Below, one piece after another: positions 10,430 to 21,360 of a stretch of DNA of 64,000 bases. The position numbers and the translations under genes are program-made. Source of the stretch: Octopus sinensis (Eukaryota); assembly GCF_006345805.1 (NCBI RefSeq), contig NC_043018.1:9920001-9984000 (forward strand), given 5' to 3'. The stretch's first letter is position 1. The number at the start of each line of letters is the position of its first letter. Under the pieces are notes generated by a model, which had not been told where the DNA came from, searched no databases, and saw only the letters and a program-made list of their open reading frames with translations.

Positions 10430-10776
10430 GCATCTCTTACTGGGACAGAGTGAGAAACAAAGAGGCAATGAGAAGAGCTGGCATGAAAAGTTTGAGGACA
10501 GGAGTAACTAAGGAGCAGATATGGTTGACTACTGGACATCGACTTTGATTACTGCAAGAGAGAAATGCTACCACATCGATGAAGTGGATGCTGGAAGGAG
10601 GAAAAAGACTGAAAGGAAGACCAAAGATGATGGTGTGGTGTAATATGTTCTAGGATGACATGATGGCAATGGGAGTTGGCCTGAGTGGAGCCAGGAGGAG
10701 GAAGGTGAGCAACCGGGATGTCTGGAGAAGGCTTGTTGCCTGTTGTGTTGACAGCAATGGAGGGTCCAAGAGTTAA
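10430..10776 (+). pseudogene. RTE-clade LINE ORF C-terminal fragment
   Basis: GISYWDRVRNKEAMRRAG...KRLKGRPK...NRDVWRRLVACC with two in-frame stops; typical RTE C-terminus. Confidence 0.8.
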
Positions 10777-11039
10777 GAGAGCCCAGTTAAAGGAGGGTGG
10801 TGGGGCAATCATCTTGATGGGCTTGACCAGCAGTCAGATCCATCTCCCACATACAATAGCAGCTGTTTGACACAAGTCTGCAACACCTGGACAGGTACAT
10901 GCAAAATGATTTCAATGCTCTGCATAAATCTTGGACAGACCCAGCTGAAGACGCTTCTATGCCTGTAGAATTTATCTCAAATCAGTGGCATTTCCAAGCC
11001 AGATTGTTATTATTATTATTAATAATAATCCCGTCATTG

Positions 11040-11300
11040 CCAGTGCCACCTGACTGGCTCCTGTGCCGGTGGAATGTAAAAAGCACCATTCAAGCGTGGT
11101 CGATGCCAGTATCACCTGACTGGCCCTCATGCCAGTGACACATAGAAAGCACCCACTAAACTCTAAGAGTGGTTGGCATTAGAAACCTTGCCAGATTAGA
11201 TTAGAGCCTGGTGTAGCCTTCTGGCTTCCCAGACCCCAGTTGAACCATCCAACCTATGCTAGCATGGAAGGTAGATGTTAAACGATGATGATGATGAGGA
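11040..11300 (+). mobile_element. Family C element (RTE 3'-tail derived)
   Basis: GTGGTTGGCATTAG...CCATCCAACCTATGCTAGCATGGAAGGTAGATGTTAAACGATGATGATG. Confidence 0.8.
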
Positions 11301-11327
11301 GGAGGATGAGTAATAATAAAAGACAGA

Positions 11328-11600
11328 GTTGCAAGAATGTGGGCAATAAAGAGAGTAACTTTCATCTCAGGGGCACTGGGAACACAAATGACTAAGTTTG
11401 AGAAATACGTCGGAGAAATTGGGATTGACATGAGGGAAGAACATGTTAAAAAAACTGCTTCATTGGGTACAGCGAGGATTTTGAGATTGGTACTCAGATG
11501 TTAAGTATTGTCGAAAGAGACCCTGTGAGGACCTTTGATTAGAAGTTGCTGTCTATTCTCACAGAATTAACCAGAACAAATAAAATGGTAATAACAATAA
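11328..11600 (+). pseudogene. 5'-truncated R4/Dong-clade non-LTR element (ORF end 11328-11504 plus 3' UTR)
   Basis: VARMWAIKRVTFISGALGTQMTKFEKYVGEIGIDMREEHVKKTASLGTARILRLVLRC* matches the R4-clade C-terminal motif (GALG...QKTALLGTARILR.VL); TAA repeats on both sides. Confidence 0.8.
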
Positions 11601-11611
11601 CGATTTTTCTA

Positions 11612-11840
11612 TTAACTCTTGATATCAACCTGCTTGAGACCCACCCCCACCCACTTTCCTGGTTCTATGATGCAAACTTACTGTTTTAAAGTGATCTAAA
11701 AACTTTCATTAAAATTTCGTATTAATTTATGATCCAAACACCAGCTTAATAATGACAAAATTATTAAATTGTTCATTATTTTCAAAATTAAATTGAAACA
11801 AAGCCAGTACATTTCCATACAAAATATGGTGACAAAAGTT
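11612..11840. mobile_element. piggyBac-type (TTAA) MITE, degenerate; related pieces at 12374-12468 and 12880-12975
   Basis: Shared internal AAACACCAGCTTAATAATGACA and AAATATGGTGACAAAAG(GGTTAA) motifs. Confidence 0.6.
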
Positions 11841-11851
11841 ATCTAAAGGAA

Positions 11852-12373
11852 CCCCTTGGCGCCGGTATTACCCGAAGCATGCGAGACACTGCTCTGGTTT
11901 TTTTTATCTAATGAGACCACACAAACACACAGGTGCCAACAAGCTCACGTCTATTTACGTTCACCGTTACAATAACATAGCGTTGTACATTTACGTCTCC
12001 CGGTTTATGAAAAAGAACTATAAAAACTTATTTATCATAATATGATATGCATGAGTTATTCTGGTCAAGTCCAAAAAATAGCTTGCGTGTGGTACAACTC
12101 AAAACATGGTATTATGCATGTAAAGTATCCGCATGTCATTGGTCTACTGCTAGTCTCATGACTTGAACGTAACCTAAAATAGCTAAGATAATACACGGGA
12201 CGGCGAGCGCGTGCACCTCAAGAGATAAAGTACACAATAGCGAACGTAAACATATGTCAGCCACTAAAAAATCCATGATAGATGTAAGGCAGCTCTACAT
12301 TGTATATTTGTGTTAACTGCAGGTAGGCAAGCAAAAGTGTGATCGTATATTTGCGTCAACCGTTGTCAAGGGG
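11852..12373. mobile_element. piggyBac-type non-autonomous element (about 520 bp) inserted in a TTAA MITE
   Basis: TIR CCCCTTGGCGCCGG / CCGTTGTCAAGGGG; right TTAA intact, left degenerated to GGAA. Confidence 0.6.
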
Positions 12374-12480
12374 TTAAAAGCTTCCATCAAAATTTCATGT
12401 TCTAAACACCAGTTTAACAATGACAGTGGATTTTAAGGGAAATATGAGAACAAAAAGGTTTAAGGGATCTAAATTAAAAG

Positions 12481-12879
12481 CTTACTCTTTACTCTTTTAC
12501 TTATTTCAGTCATTTGACTGCGGCCATGCTGGAGCACCGCCTTTAATCGAGCACATCGACCCCAGGACTTATTCCTTGTAAGCCCAGTACTTATTCTATC
12601 GGTTTCGTTTGCCGAACCGCTAAGTGACGGCGACGTAAACACACCAGCATCGGTTGTCAAGCAATGGTAGGGGGACAAACACAGATACACACACATATAT
12701 ATATACATATATACGACGGGCTTCTTTCAGTTTCCGTCAACCAAATCCACTGACAAGGCTTTGGTCGGCCCGAGGCTATAGTAGAAGACACTAGCCCAAC
12801 ATGCCACGCAGTGGGACTGAACCCGGAACCATGTGGTTGGTAAGCAAGCTACTTACCACACACCCACTCCTGCGCCTAT
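12481..12879 (-). mobile_element. Full-length family B SINE (tRNA head plus CORE-like GGCAAGTGTCTT domain)
   Basis: Minus head ATAGGCGCAGGAGTGGGTGTGTGGTAAGTAGCTTGCTTACCAACCACATGGTTCCGGGTTCAGTCCC; AAGAGTAA tail; near-identical to 54575-54972. Confidence 0.92.
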
Positions 12880-13454
12880 AATACTGATATTTTACTAAAT
12901 TCTTCATTATTTTCAAAACTAAATAGAAATAATGGCAGTGCATTTTAATAAGAAATATGCTAACAAAAGGGTTAATCCTAAGAGTTAGACAGTAGGGCAT
13001 GATATTATGGAAGCATAAAAAAAAAAAATACAAAATTCAAACAGAAATTCACCAAAAGTAGGTGGGTGTGGGGAGACTTCCAAAGAATACTCATGTGTAC
13101 CCCACAAAAACTAAGATTACCTTGAGCACTAAAACAAATGCACTGTCCCAGACATCATCCAATTTATACTCAGAATAGGTCTATTCGTTCATTTGGACTA
13201 TGCTTGCCATTCCGTTCAGGAAGGCAGTATTTCCCTCACCATCCTCACTTTCCTTTTCAAGTGACATTCCAAAAAGTTGAGGTGGGCCTGGTCAGAGGAA
13301 GGTGTCTGTCTTCAGCCCTTTCAATCTCATCCACAACCTTTTTTGCCCAAACTACCAAACTGATAAATATTGCTTACCTTTCCCAGTTGAAGGTGACAGG
13401 ACAATCTTTACGATGAACTCAGCTGGTCCCTCAGTGGTAATAATAATATTAATA

Positions 13455-14300
13455 ATAATATCGATAATGGTTTCAAATTTTGCCAAAAGGGCAGCAATTT
13501 TGGGGGAGGGGATAAGTTGATTACATCGACCCCAGTGTTCAACTGGTACATATTTTATTGACCCTGAAAGGGTGAAAGGCAAAGTTGACCTCGGTGGAAT
13601 TTGAACTCAGAAAGTAGTGATCAGTGAAATGCCACTAAGCAGTTCATCCACCATGCTAACAATTCTGCCAGCTCACCACCTTTAAATAATAATAATAATA
13701 ATAGTTTCAAATTTTGCCGCAAGAGCAGCCATTTTGGGAGAGAGGGCTAGTTGACTACATCAACCCCAGTGTGTAACTGGTATTAAATTTATTGACCCTG
13801 AAAGGAAAGGCAAAGTCAACCTTGATGGAATTTGAATTCAGAATGTAGTGGCAGACAAAATACCTATTTCTTTATTACCCACAAGGAGCTAAACACAGAG
13901 AGGACAAACAAGAGCAGACAAACGGATACATCGACCTCAGTGTGCAACTGGTACTTAATTTATCGACCCCGAAAGGATGAAAGGCCAAGTTGACCTCGGC
14001 GGAATTTGAACTCAGAACGTAATGGCAGACACTAAGCATTTGATTCCGCCAGCTCGTCGCCTTAATAATAATAATGATGATGATAAAGGTTTCAAATTTT
14101 GCCACATGGCCAGCAAGTTCAGGGGCGAGGATAAGTTGATTATACTAACCCCAGTATTCAACTGGTACTTATTTTGTTTACCCCAAAAGGGTGAACGGGC
14201 AAGTTGGCTTCGGTAGAATTTGAACTCAGAACAGAAAGATGGATGAAATGTCTCTTAGTATTTTGCCTGGCATGCTAACGATTCTGCCAGTTCGCTGCCT
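13455..14300 (-). mobile_element. Array of four family A SINEs including an A2 insertion (13865-14060)
   Basis: Repeated bodies separated by (TAA)n; the A2 tail abuts GGTATTTTGTCTG on the minus strand. Confidence 0.85.
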
Positions 14301-14329
14301 TAACGATCCTTTTATTCTTTCTTTTTTTT

Positions 14330-14540
14330 ATTTATTTGTTTCAGTCATTTGACTGTGGTCATGCTGGAGCACCGCCTTTAGTCGAGCAAATCAACCTCAG
14401 GACTTATTCTTTGGAAGCCTAGTACTTATTCTACCAGTCTCTTTTGCCGAACCACTAAGTGATGGGGACGTAAACACACCAGCTTCAGTTGTCAAGTGAT
14501 TTGGGGGGGACAAATACAGACACACAAACATATACGATGA
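14330..14540 (-). mobile_element. Family B SINE 3' half
   Basis: TTTCAGTCATTTGACTGTGGTCATGCTGGAGCACCGCC...GTAAACACACCAGC. Confidence 0.85.
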
Positions 14541-15439
14541 TAATAATAATAATATATATATTCGATAATAATAATAAAACCCCCACCTACTTTGGACATT
14601 GATGACTGTATCATTGTTGCTACTGAAAGGAAAATAAAAAGAAAAAAAAACGTTCTTACTTGGAGTCTGGTTTCTTTTTCTTTTGGATTTCCAAAGGCAT
14701 GGGAACAATTATTTTATCTATCTCTGTTGTCCCTACCATTAATCTGTCCATCTAAGGCTTGCAGAGGGACCTTCTTTTAGGTGTTCTTTCCGCTTCACAT
14801 TGCTTTTGGCAAACAACTGTAAAAAACAATAAAAAAAACTGCAAGTTAGTGGCCTTTCAGTGGAAGGGAGCAAAAGGTTCAACTTTCCTAGTTTTTCACT
14901 TTGGTCAGCTTTATTTGGGCACCAATTTCCCTAAAGACCTCCACTGCCTTTCACTCATTCTCAGATTCAATTCCTTCCCATTATCAAAACACATTGGCAA
15001 AATCTTGGCTAACTTTGTGCTAGAAGGGGAAACCTACAATATAGGGTGCTCTATCTTTGCTACCACTCTGTGTTGATGGTGAGGGGTTGTGTGTGTGTGT
15101 GTAAATCCCATAATTTGTTTTGAGGCCATAGTTGCATATTGGCCTTTAACAATGACAACCTTGCTCTGTGTCTATAGCAGCTTCTATTGCTGTTTTTGTA
15201 AACATCTGCTGTCATTTCTGATGCTTCCAGCTATTTTTGATTTGTTCATTTTCTTTTTCTTTTCCAAAACAGAAATCCTAAGGCAGTTTTTGCTACTCCT
15301 TAAGCCATGCTTGGGCTTTCTGTCTTGCATTGCCAACCTTACTTACCAATTTAAAAGTTGAACTCTTGGATGGGATATTTAATCCTTGCATAAGTACAGT
15401 TTAATGCTCCACCTTCAACTATTTCCCTGTAACTCATCA

Positions 15440-16110
15440 TCATTGTTTAATGTCCATTTTTCGTGCTGGTATGGGTTGGATGGTTTGACAGGAGCTGGCC
15501 GCACTCCAACTGTCTGTTTTGGCATGGTTTCTATGGCTGGATGTCCTTTTTAATGCCAACCACTTTACAGAGTATGTTGGGTACTTCTTACATTCCACTG
15601 CCACAAGTGCATTCATGAAGCACTGGCATGAGTGCATTTCATGTGGAACCTGCAGAGGACATGCCTGTACATATGGACGGCTTCAATTCTACTTAGGTTG
15701 ACCTGTCTTAAGTACAACAAATCGCCACAAGTCCTGGTCCCTTGTCATCTGCTCAGTGAGGTCCAGCATTTGAAGATTCTTTCTCACCACTTTGCCCCAT
15801 GTCTTCTTGGGTCTACTCCTTCCACAGGTTCCCTCTACAATTCAAGGTCGGCACTTCTGTAAGCAGCTGTCCTCGTCCACATGCATCACATGACTAGACC
15901 AGAGCAGTCTTCTCTCTTGCGCACAAACAGTTTTCCTCTTAAATCATTTACACTCTGTTTTGCACACACACTGACATCACCCATCCAGTGGAGCATGCTG
16001 GCTTCATTTCTTTCAAGCTTTTGCACGTCCTCTGTAGTCATAGTCCATGTTTCACTGCCATGTAGCATAGCTATATGAATGTAGGCATCATACAATCCGC
16101 CATTCAATCT
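15440..16110 (-). pseudogene. 5'-truncated RTE LINE: ORF end plus 3' UTR (family C tail)
   Basis: LYDAYIHIAMLHGSETWTMTTEDVQKLERNEASMLHWM, followed by RGRPRKTW-like sequence and the AGGACATCCAGCC...AATGATGATG tail. Confidence 0.9.
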
Positions 16111-17023
16111 GAGGGAGAGGCGCCCTTAGTTACAAACAAAGAAAATGTACATTTTTAATCGATGGCGGTGCATAATCTAACACTTGTTACTGTATCAACA
16201 CGAGTGTTTTTATGCCCCATAAGTCTACGAGGGAGGTTCTCTCATGATAAACAATGCAGTATTATGTGTTCTGACGCAACATCCACTTTAAGTGGGGGAT
16301 AAACATTACTATTTGTCGCTACAAACTATATTTTTAAACTCAATTTTGTAGGGATATTTTTGTGAAGATTCGATATCGGTTACGCTTATAACACAAAAAG
16401 GGAAAAAAGTTGGTGAGGATGAGTTTCGTATCATTCTCCCTCCCTCCCTCCCTCCCTCGACTTCGTTTTCTCATACTTCTCTTTTAAAATGTATGTTCGG
16501 AAATTATATTTTTGTAGAAATATACTTTCAGGAGTCAAAAAAAAAAAAACAGAAATTAGTAGTAACAAACAAGACGTGGGGTCGGGGTGGAGAATGATCT
16601 GAAACTCCTCCCCAATTTTTTTCCCCTAAATTTCATGAACACAATCGTAATCTACAGCCCCCCAAACTTCAATTTGCAAAGAAAAAGTATGCATTTTTTC
16701 AAAGAAAGAAGGTCGGAGTGTGGTGGTAGTAGTAAATTACAGTTCTGCCAAAACTCTACACTATTCTTCAAACCGAAACACGAGTAAGTCCCTGTTCTTT
16801 TTGTCTCCCCCATTCGACGAACTCGCTAGCAAATTGGACAGGGTTTTCATGACACATCTCGCCCGTAGTTTTCTGGATTTTTGTTAAATTAAACCCAGTT
16901 CTTCTCAGTCCCCGGTTAGACTAGTAAATATTGCAGCTGCTTTGTGCATATCTCTGCCATTTCTGTTGTGGTTATAAGAGATACCAAACATGTCATCAAA
17001 GCTATCGATGTCTCAGTAGTACC

Positions 17024-17237
17024 TATTTCTTTACTACCCACAAGAGGCTACACACAGAGGGGACAAACAAGGACAGACAGACGGATTAAGTCGATTATAT
17101 CGACCCCCAGTGCGTAAATGGTACTTGATTTATCAAAGGAAAAGTCAACCTCGGCGGAATTTGAACACAGAACGTACCGGTAGACGAAATACGGTTACGA
17201 ATTTCGCCCGGCGTGCCAACGGTTCTGCCGGCTCACC
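17024..17237 (-). mobile_element. A2 SINE
   Basis: Complete head and A2 tail; the 3' end abuts GGTACT on the minus strand. Confidence 0.88.
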
Positions 17238-17489
17238 TAAATATGGATGTTCCTTAACAGTAGTGCTTAAATACAGGTGCCACGTACAAAACACTTTAAA
17301 TGTACGCTATGTGGACGTGTAATTAGACCCTTACCCTAACAACTAACCCTAACCCCTTCATATCGTTACGTAGATGCATCCTCAACTCTCTGTATTTAAG
17401 TAGTGTAATAAATTAAATATCAAAACTCAACGTTTCTTAAATTACCTTACATCTTTCCTCACTCTGAAAATAATTCTTGGTAATTTCCT

Positions 17490-17862
17490 ATTTTACGTTC
17501 GTAAAATCAACTCACGACAGATTGCATCAACCAACACAAATATTCTTGTTGCACTGAACCCCAAGAAAGAAATGTCAGAGAGAGAAGTCGTAGGCCCACC
17601 AGTATAATAGAAGGATAATAATATTGTAGAAACTGAGATGGCTGTTTTCAAACCAACAGACTTCACGAATGCTCGCTTTGTTTGCACGTATTGAAGTCCC
17701 ACATTTGACCTCTATCTATACAAGTCCACACTGTGCACATGTGAAAATGCTTCTTATAACCCACAGCGGGCACACCAAGCAATACAACTTTGAATCTAAC
17801 AAAAATCGAGCAAGTGTTGTAATGCCCTTCATTGTTAATAAGCTGATCTCTAAGTATTTCAT
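17490..17862 (-). pseudogene. Merlin (IS1595/ISXO2-like) transposase N-terminal fragment
   Basis: MKYLEISLLT...SIREVCWFENSHLSFYNIIILLLYWWAYDFS...(fs)CRE matches the Merlin SIR.GSWFE.SHL...YWWA...CRE region; stops and a frameshift. Confidence 0.75.
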
Positions 17863-18850
17863 TGGGGTTTCACAATAAGACGAAGTGCAGGAGGGCGCCC
17901 ACGAGTCATGCTAATCCCAGTTGAAATGAAACGGAAAATAAAATTCGATTTTACGACCGTCAAATAGAAAATAACCTAATTCGGTAATTTCATTTTAGGC
18001 GAAGTTGTCCAATACGTAAACATTGACCTGAAATACAAAACAGAAGGGACCACAGACTATCGACATCCTGGAACCCTTAAATGCCAATAAAAATTCGAAA
18101 ATATGGGATTTCATTGTTTATAAAATATACTCTAAAACGGTAACTGAGTCAATTTTAATTAGTCTAAGTAACTACAAGCTCCCTCATTGACTCAAAGCAA
18201 TAATTTACTCTGTGGAATCCTCCGTTATCTTCCAAACTACCATAGAATGGAAATTAACAGAGTTTAATTAATTGTAGTAGCTACTTACGTGAAATGGTGA
18301 TTTGTTTTGCCATTTGGGTGAAAGTCGTTGTTTCGAATATATTTGATAACTTGACCTTTTATTTTTAAGAAGATTAAAAAAAAAAACGAATTTCTCGCCT
18401 TTTTTCTTTTATGCGAAAGTGGAAACATTGTCTGTATTTCCACCAAAAATGCAAGGTTGCTGCCACCACCATTGTCAACATCTCACACTTTTGCCATCGA
18501 AGACACAATTGTCTTTTATTTTATTTTATTCCTATTTTCTCAAATGGTGCCTCAGCAAAAAAAAATTTCAGAAATTAAAAGAAGAAAACAGAACCCCTCC
18601 CCCACCGAAAAGACCATTCTATCCCAAAATTGAGCGAAATCGTGAGCAAAATTATAGAATAGTAAATGGTTACCTTATGGAAAAAGAAAAGAGCAAATAA
18701 TTCGGCCAGTTTCCCCCATCCATCACCATTTTTACTATTCTTGTATTTCAAACAACGGGATTTAAGATTCTAAAAGAATATTTTGGACAAATTTTTAGTA
18801 TTATATTATTTCATTTTAAAAATGAAATTTGTTTCTCTTATAGTTTTGAG

Positions 18851-19099
18851 GGTACTATTTAAGAAGAGTGGTCCCGGTGCGCGCACTCGCTTAGCTAGTC
18901 GTGACTAGTCGATCCTTACTTTGTGTTTTTTTGTTTAAAAAAATTATTTACTTCGTGTTTTGTGTTTTATTTGCGTAAAAAAAATTTATTTTGTGTTTTA
19001 TTTACTTTGCTAGGTAGTCGTTGTAGGATCGACTAGTCACGACTAGCTAGCACGGATGCGCGAGTGCGCGCACTGGGACCACTCATCTTAAGTAGTGCC
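18851..19099. mobile_element. MITE with about 66-75 bp GC/CpG-rich TIRs (GG termini, Merlin-like)
   Basis: 18851-18916 is the reverse complement of 19025-19099 apart from a few substitutions and a short indel; T-rich spacer; TSD only 5/8 (GTTTTGAG / GTCTTTGG). Confidence 0.85.
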
Positions 19100-19501
19100 G
19101 TCTTTGGTGTATTTGGAACAAATGTGACCAACATAAACCATCGGAAACCATTCGTTCTTTTGGCAAAATTTCACCTTCAAAGTAAAATGGAGATGATGGT
19201 GAAAATTTACTGTATTATTTCCAAGAATTTCAATGTATTTTTTATGCTTTTAAAATCGTGCCTTTACAGAGGAGGTAGTAATAGCCATTTTAAAACACGA
19301 AATTAAAGATAGGCATATTTCCCTGGTGTCCATGCATCATATATGGTCCACATTCAAGTTTTTTTTCAACCACTAGAGAAAAGACTCAAAGGAAAGCTTT
19401 ATATTGCTCAAAATGTATGAAACAGGAGTTAACTAAAACCCTAAAAACAAGCATGGACGTTTAGGACAAACTTATAAACATGCTTTCGACAAAGAATTAA
19501 C

Positions 19502-19840
19502 TCACAAAAATCCATCCAGCAGCCATTTTCTCTGCTCGCTATTCTTGGGAGGTTCGGAGTCGATGGAATCCTCAGGAATCTCTTCCATCGGGTCCTTATC
19601 AGAAGCAACCATCGTTAGACTTTCCGTTTGGATTACCAAGTCTGACCAACTGAGACTTTGGGATATTATCCATCTCGTTTTTGGTCTACCCCAGGGTCTT
19701 TTACCGGTTGTCTTGGCTTGAAGAAGCCGTCTTGTGATTCTATTCCTGCTCAATTCTAATCCCATGTCTGTAATACCGGAGCTGTAACCTCTCAATGCAG
19801 AGAAGCAGCGGCTCAACTTGATATTTGCAGACAACATTGA
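19502..19840 (-). pseudogene. RTE-clade LINE C-terminal fragment
   Basis: RITRRLLQAKTTGKRPWGRPKTRW motif. Confidence 0.75.
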
Positions 19841-20176
19841 TTCATAAGAAGGTGATCTCCAGCACTAAATGGATTCGGTGCAAGGTGAAGATGGGAATTG
19901 GTGTTGTAAAGACCGAGGCATTGGTCTTCTCAGGAAAGTTTTTGCAGTGCTCTCTGCATTTTCGTGGAACATCTCTGAGATAAATGGACAAATAAAACGT
20001 AAATTCCGGGAACAGAAGTAAAAACGAATCTACGTTAAAAAAAAATATCATCACAGGAAATAAAGTTAAAGAAAACAAATTACAATAAACAGTTACATAT
20101 TTAAATATCTTGAATAAAGGCAAAAACTATTGCTGTTCTCTCAGCCATAAATATGTCTTCAGATTATGATGCCTTT

Positions 20177-20356
20177 GAAAACGAATCTTCGGCTTTTTAC
20201 GTCCTCGAAAACGAATCTTCGGCTTTTTACGTCCTCGAAAACGAATCTTCGGCTTTTTACGTCCTCAAAAGCGAATCTTCGGCTTTTTACGTCCTCGAAA
20301 ACGAATCTTCGGCTTTTTACGCCCTCAAAATCGAATATTCGGATTCTTACGTCTTG
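20177..20356. repeat. 30-bp minisatellite, 6 units
   Basis: GAAAACGAATCTTCGGCTTTTTACGTCCTC x6 (units 1-3 identical, last unit diverged). Confidence 0.97.
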
Positions 20357-20421
20357 GAGGAAAAAAAAAGATGGTGCCCCAGCATGACAACAGCTTTCAA
20401 GCTTAAAAAATTAAAGATTTA

Positions 20422-20852
20422 GGATCTTTTCGGTTTGAACGGCAGTTTTTTAAAAATAATTTCCACGTAACTAAACACTTTTAAACTTCGTATACTGGTA
20501 GAATGTGTTTATAAAACATCTTTTTCTCTTGGCTTTATTGAGAAAATTCTATGGTTTGTAAGATATTTGTTGTTTTTTTTTCTTCAATTTCTGCAATTTC
20601 AACCAATCACTGACGTCTATTGAGTTGAAAACATTCTGTGCCGTATGAATATGTCCCTCGTTTAAGAAACAGATTGGGTTTATTTACATTTCTGAAGAAA
20701 AAAAGATGCCCTTTCCCCCACCCCTAACCCTAACCATAACTCTAACCCTAAAACAGATTGAAATGCAATAGATCGATACTAGGGTCATAATTATGGGTGA
20801 CAATTTCATATGACACCCCTAGAAAAAACTGCCGTTCAAACTGAAAAGATCC
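20422..20852. mobile_element. Merlin-type MITE (431 bp) with perfect 8-bp TSD and CCCTAA repeats
   Basis: TIR GGATCTTTTCGGTTTGAACGGCAGTTTTT / AAAAACTGCCGTTCAAACTGAAAAGATCC; TSD AAGATTTA at 20414-20421 and 20853-20860. Confidence 0.93.
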
Positions 20853-21360
20853 AAGATTTATACTAATAAATTAATAAAAATTCAAATTGCCCCAACATTT
20901 TGTTCTTAACTAGTTTTTGAAAACAAAAAGAAATGTTATGGGGATCTTCAATTCATTAAATTTTGTTCCAATTGTTTTCAAATTTGGTGTACTGATGTAG
21001 TTTTGTATGCTAATTAAGAAAATGAAATTCATTTTTGCAATAAATTAAGAAATAAAAAGTTAATAGTTTTTAAAGTTTGAAAATTGTGGCTAATTTTAAA
21101 CCAATCAAAAGCTGCTGAGATATTGGCGCCTATTTCCATAGCAACAAGCCAAAGCATCGTCTGCTCAAAACTCCAACCATGTGTATTGTCTTTACTTGTC
21201 TACTTTCTTGGACAAGTGTCTATTTTCTGAACGTTTGTACCTCATTTTGTCATTTTTACCTGTTTTTTTTTTTTTGAGAACTGGATGGTTATTTCTAGTT
21301 GCTGTCCTTTTCATAATTTTGAACCGTGTTTTCCTGAATCTTTTCAACCTAAATAGAGAT

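Noticed and set aside
14600-15420. Possibly decayed coding-like sequence on the minus strand
   Set aside because: No recognisable motif in any frame; cannot be assigned without a search.
17259-17407. Possible small Merlin-like MITE with CCCTAA repeats (TIR match about 14/18)
   Set aside because: No TSD, and the left end could instead be part of the adjacent SINE target duplication.
20177-20356. CRISPR-like 30-bp repeats
   Set aside because: The units are contiguous with no spacers, in a eukaryotic context with no cas genes.
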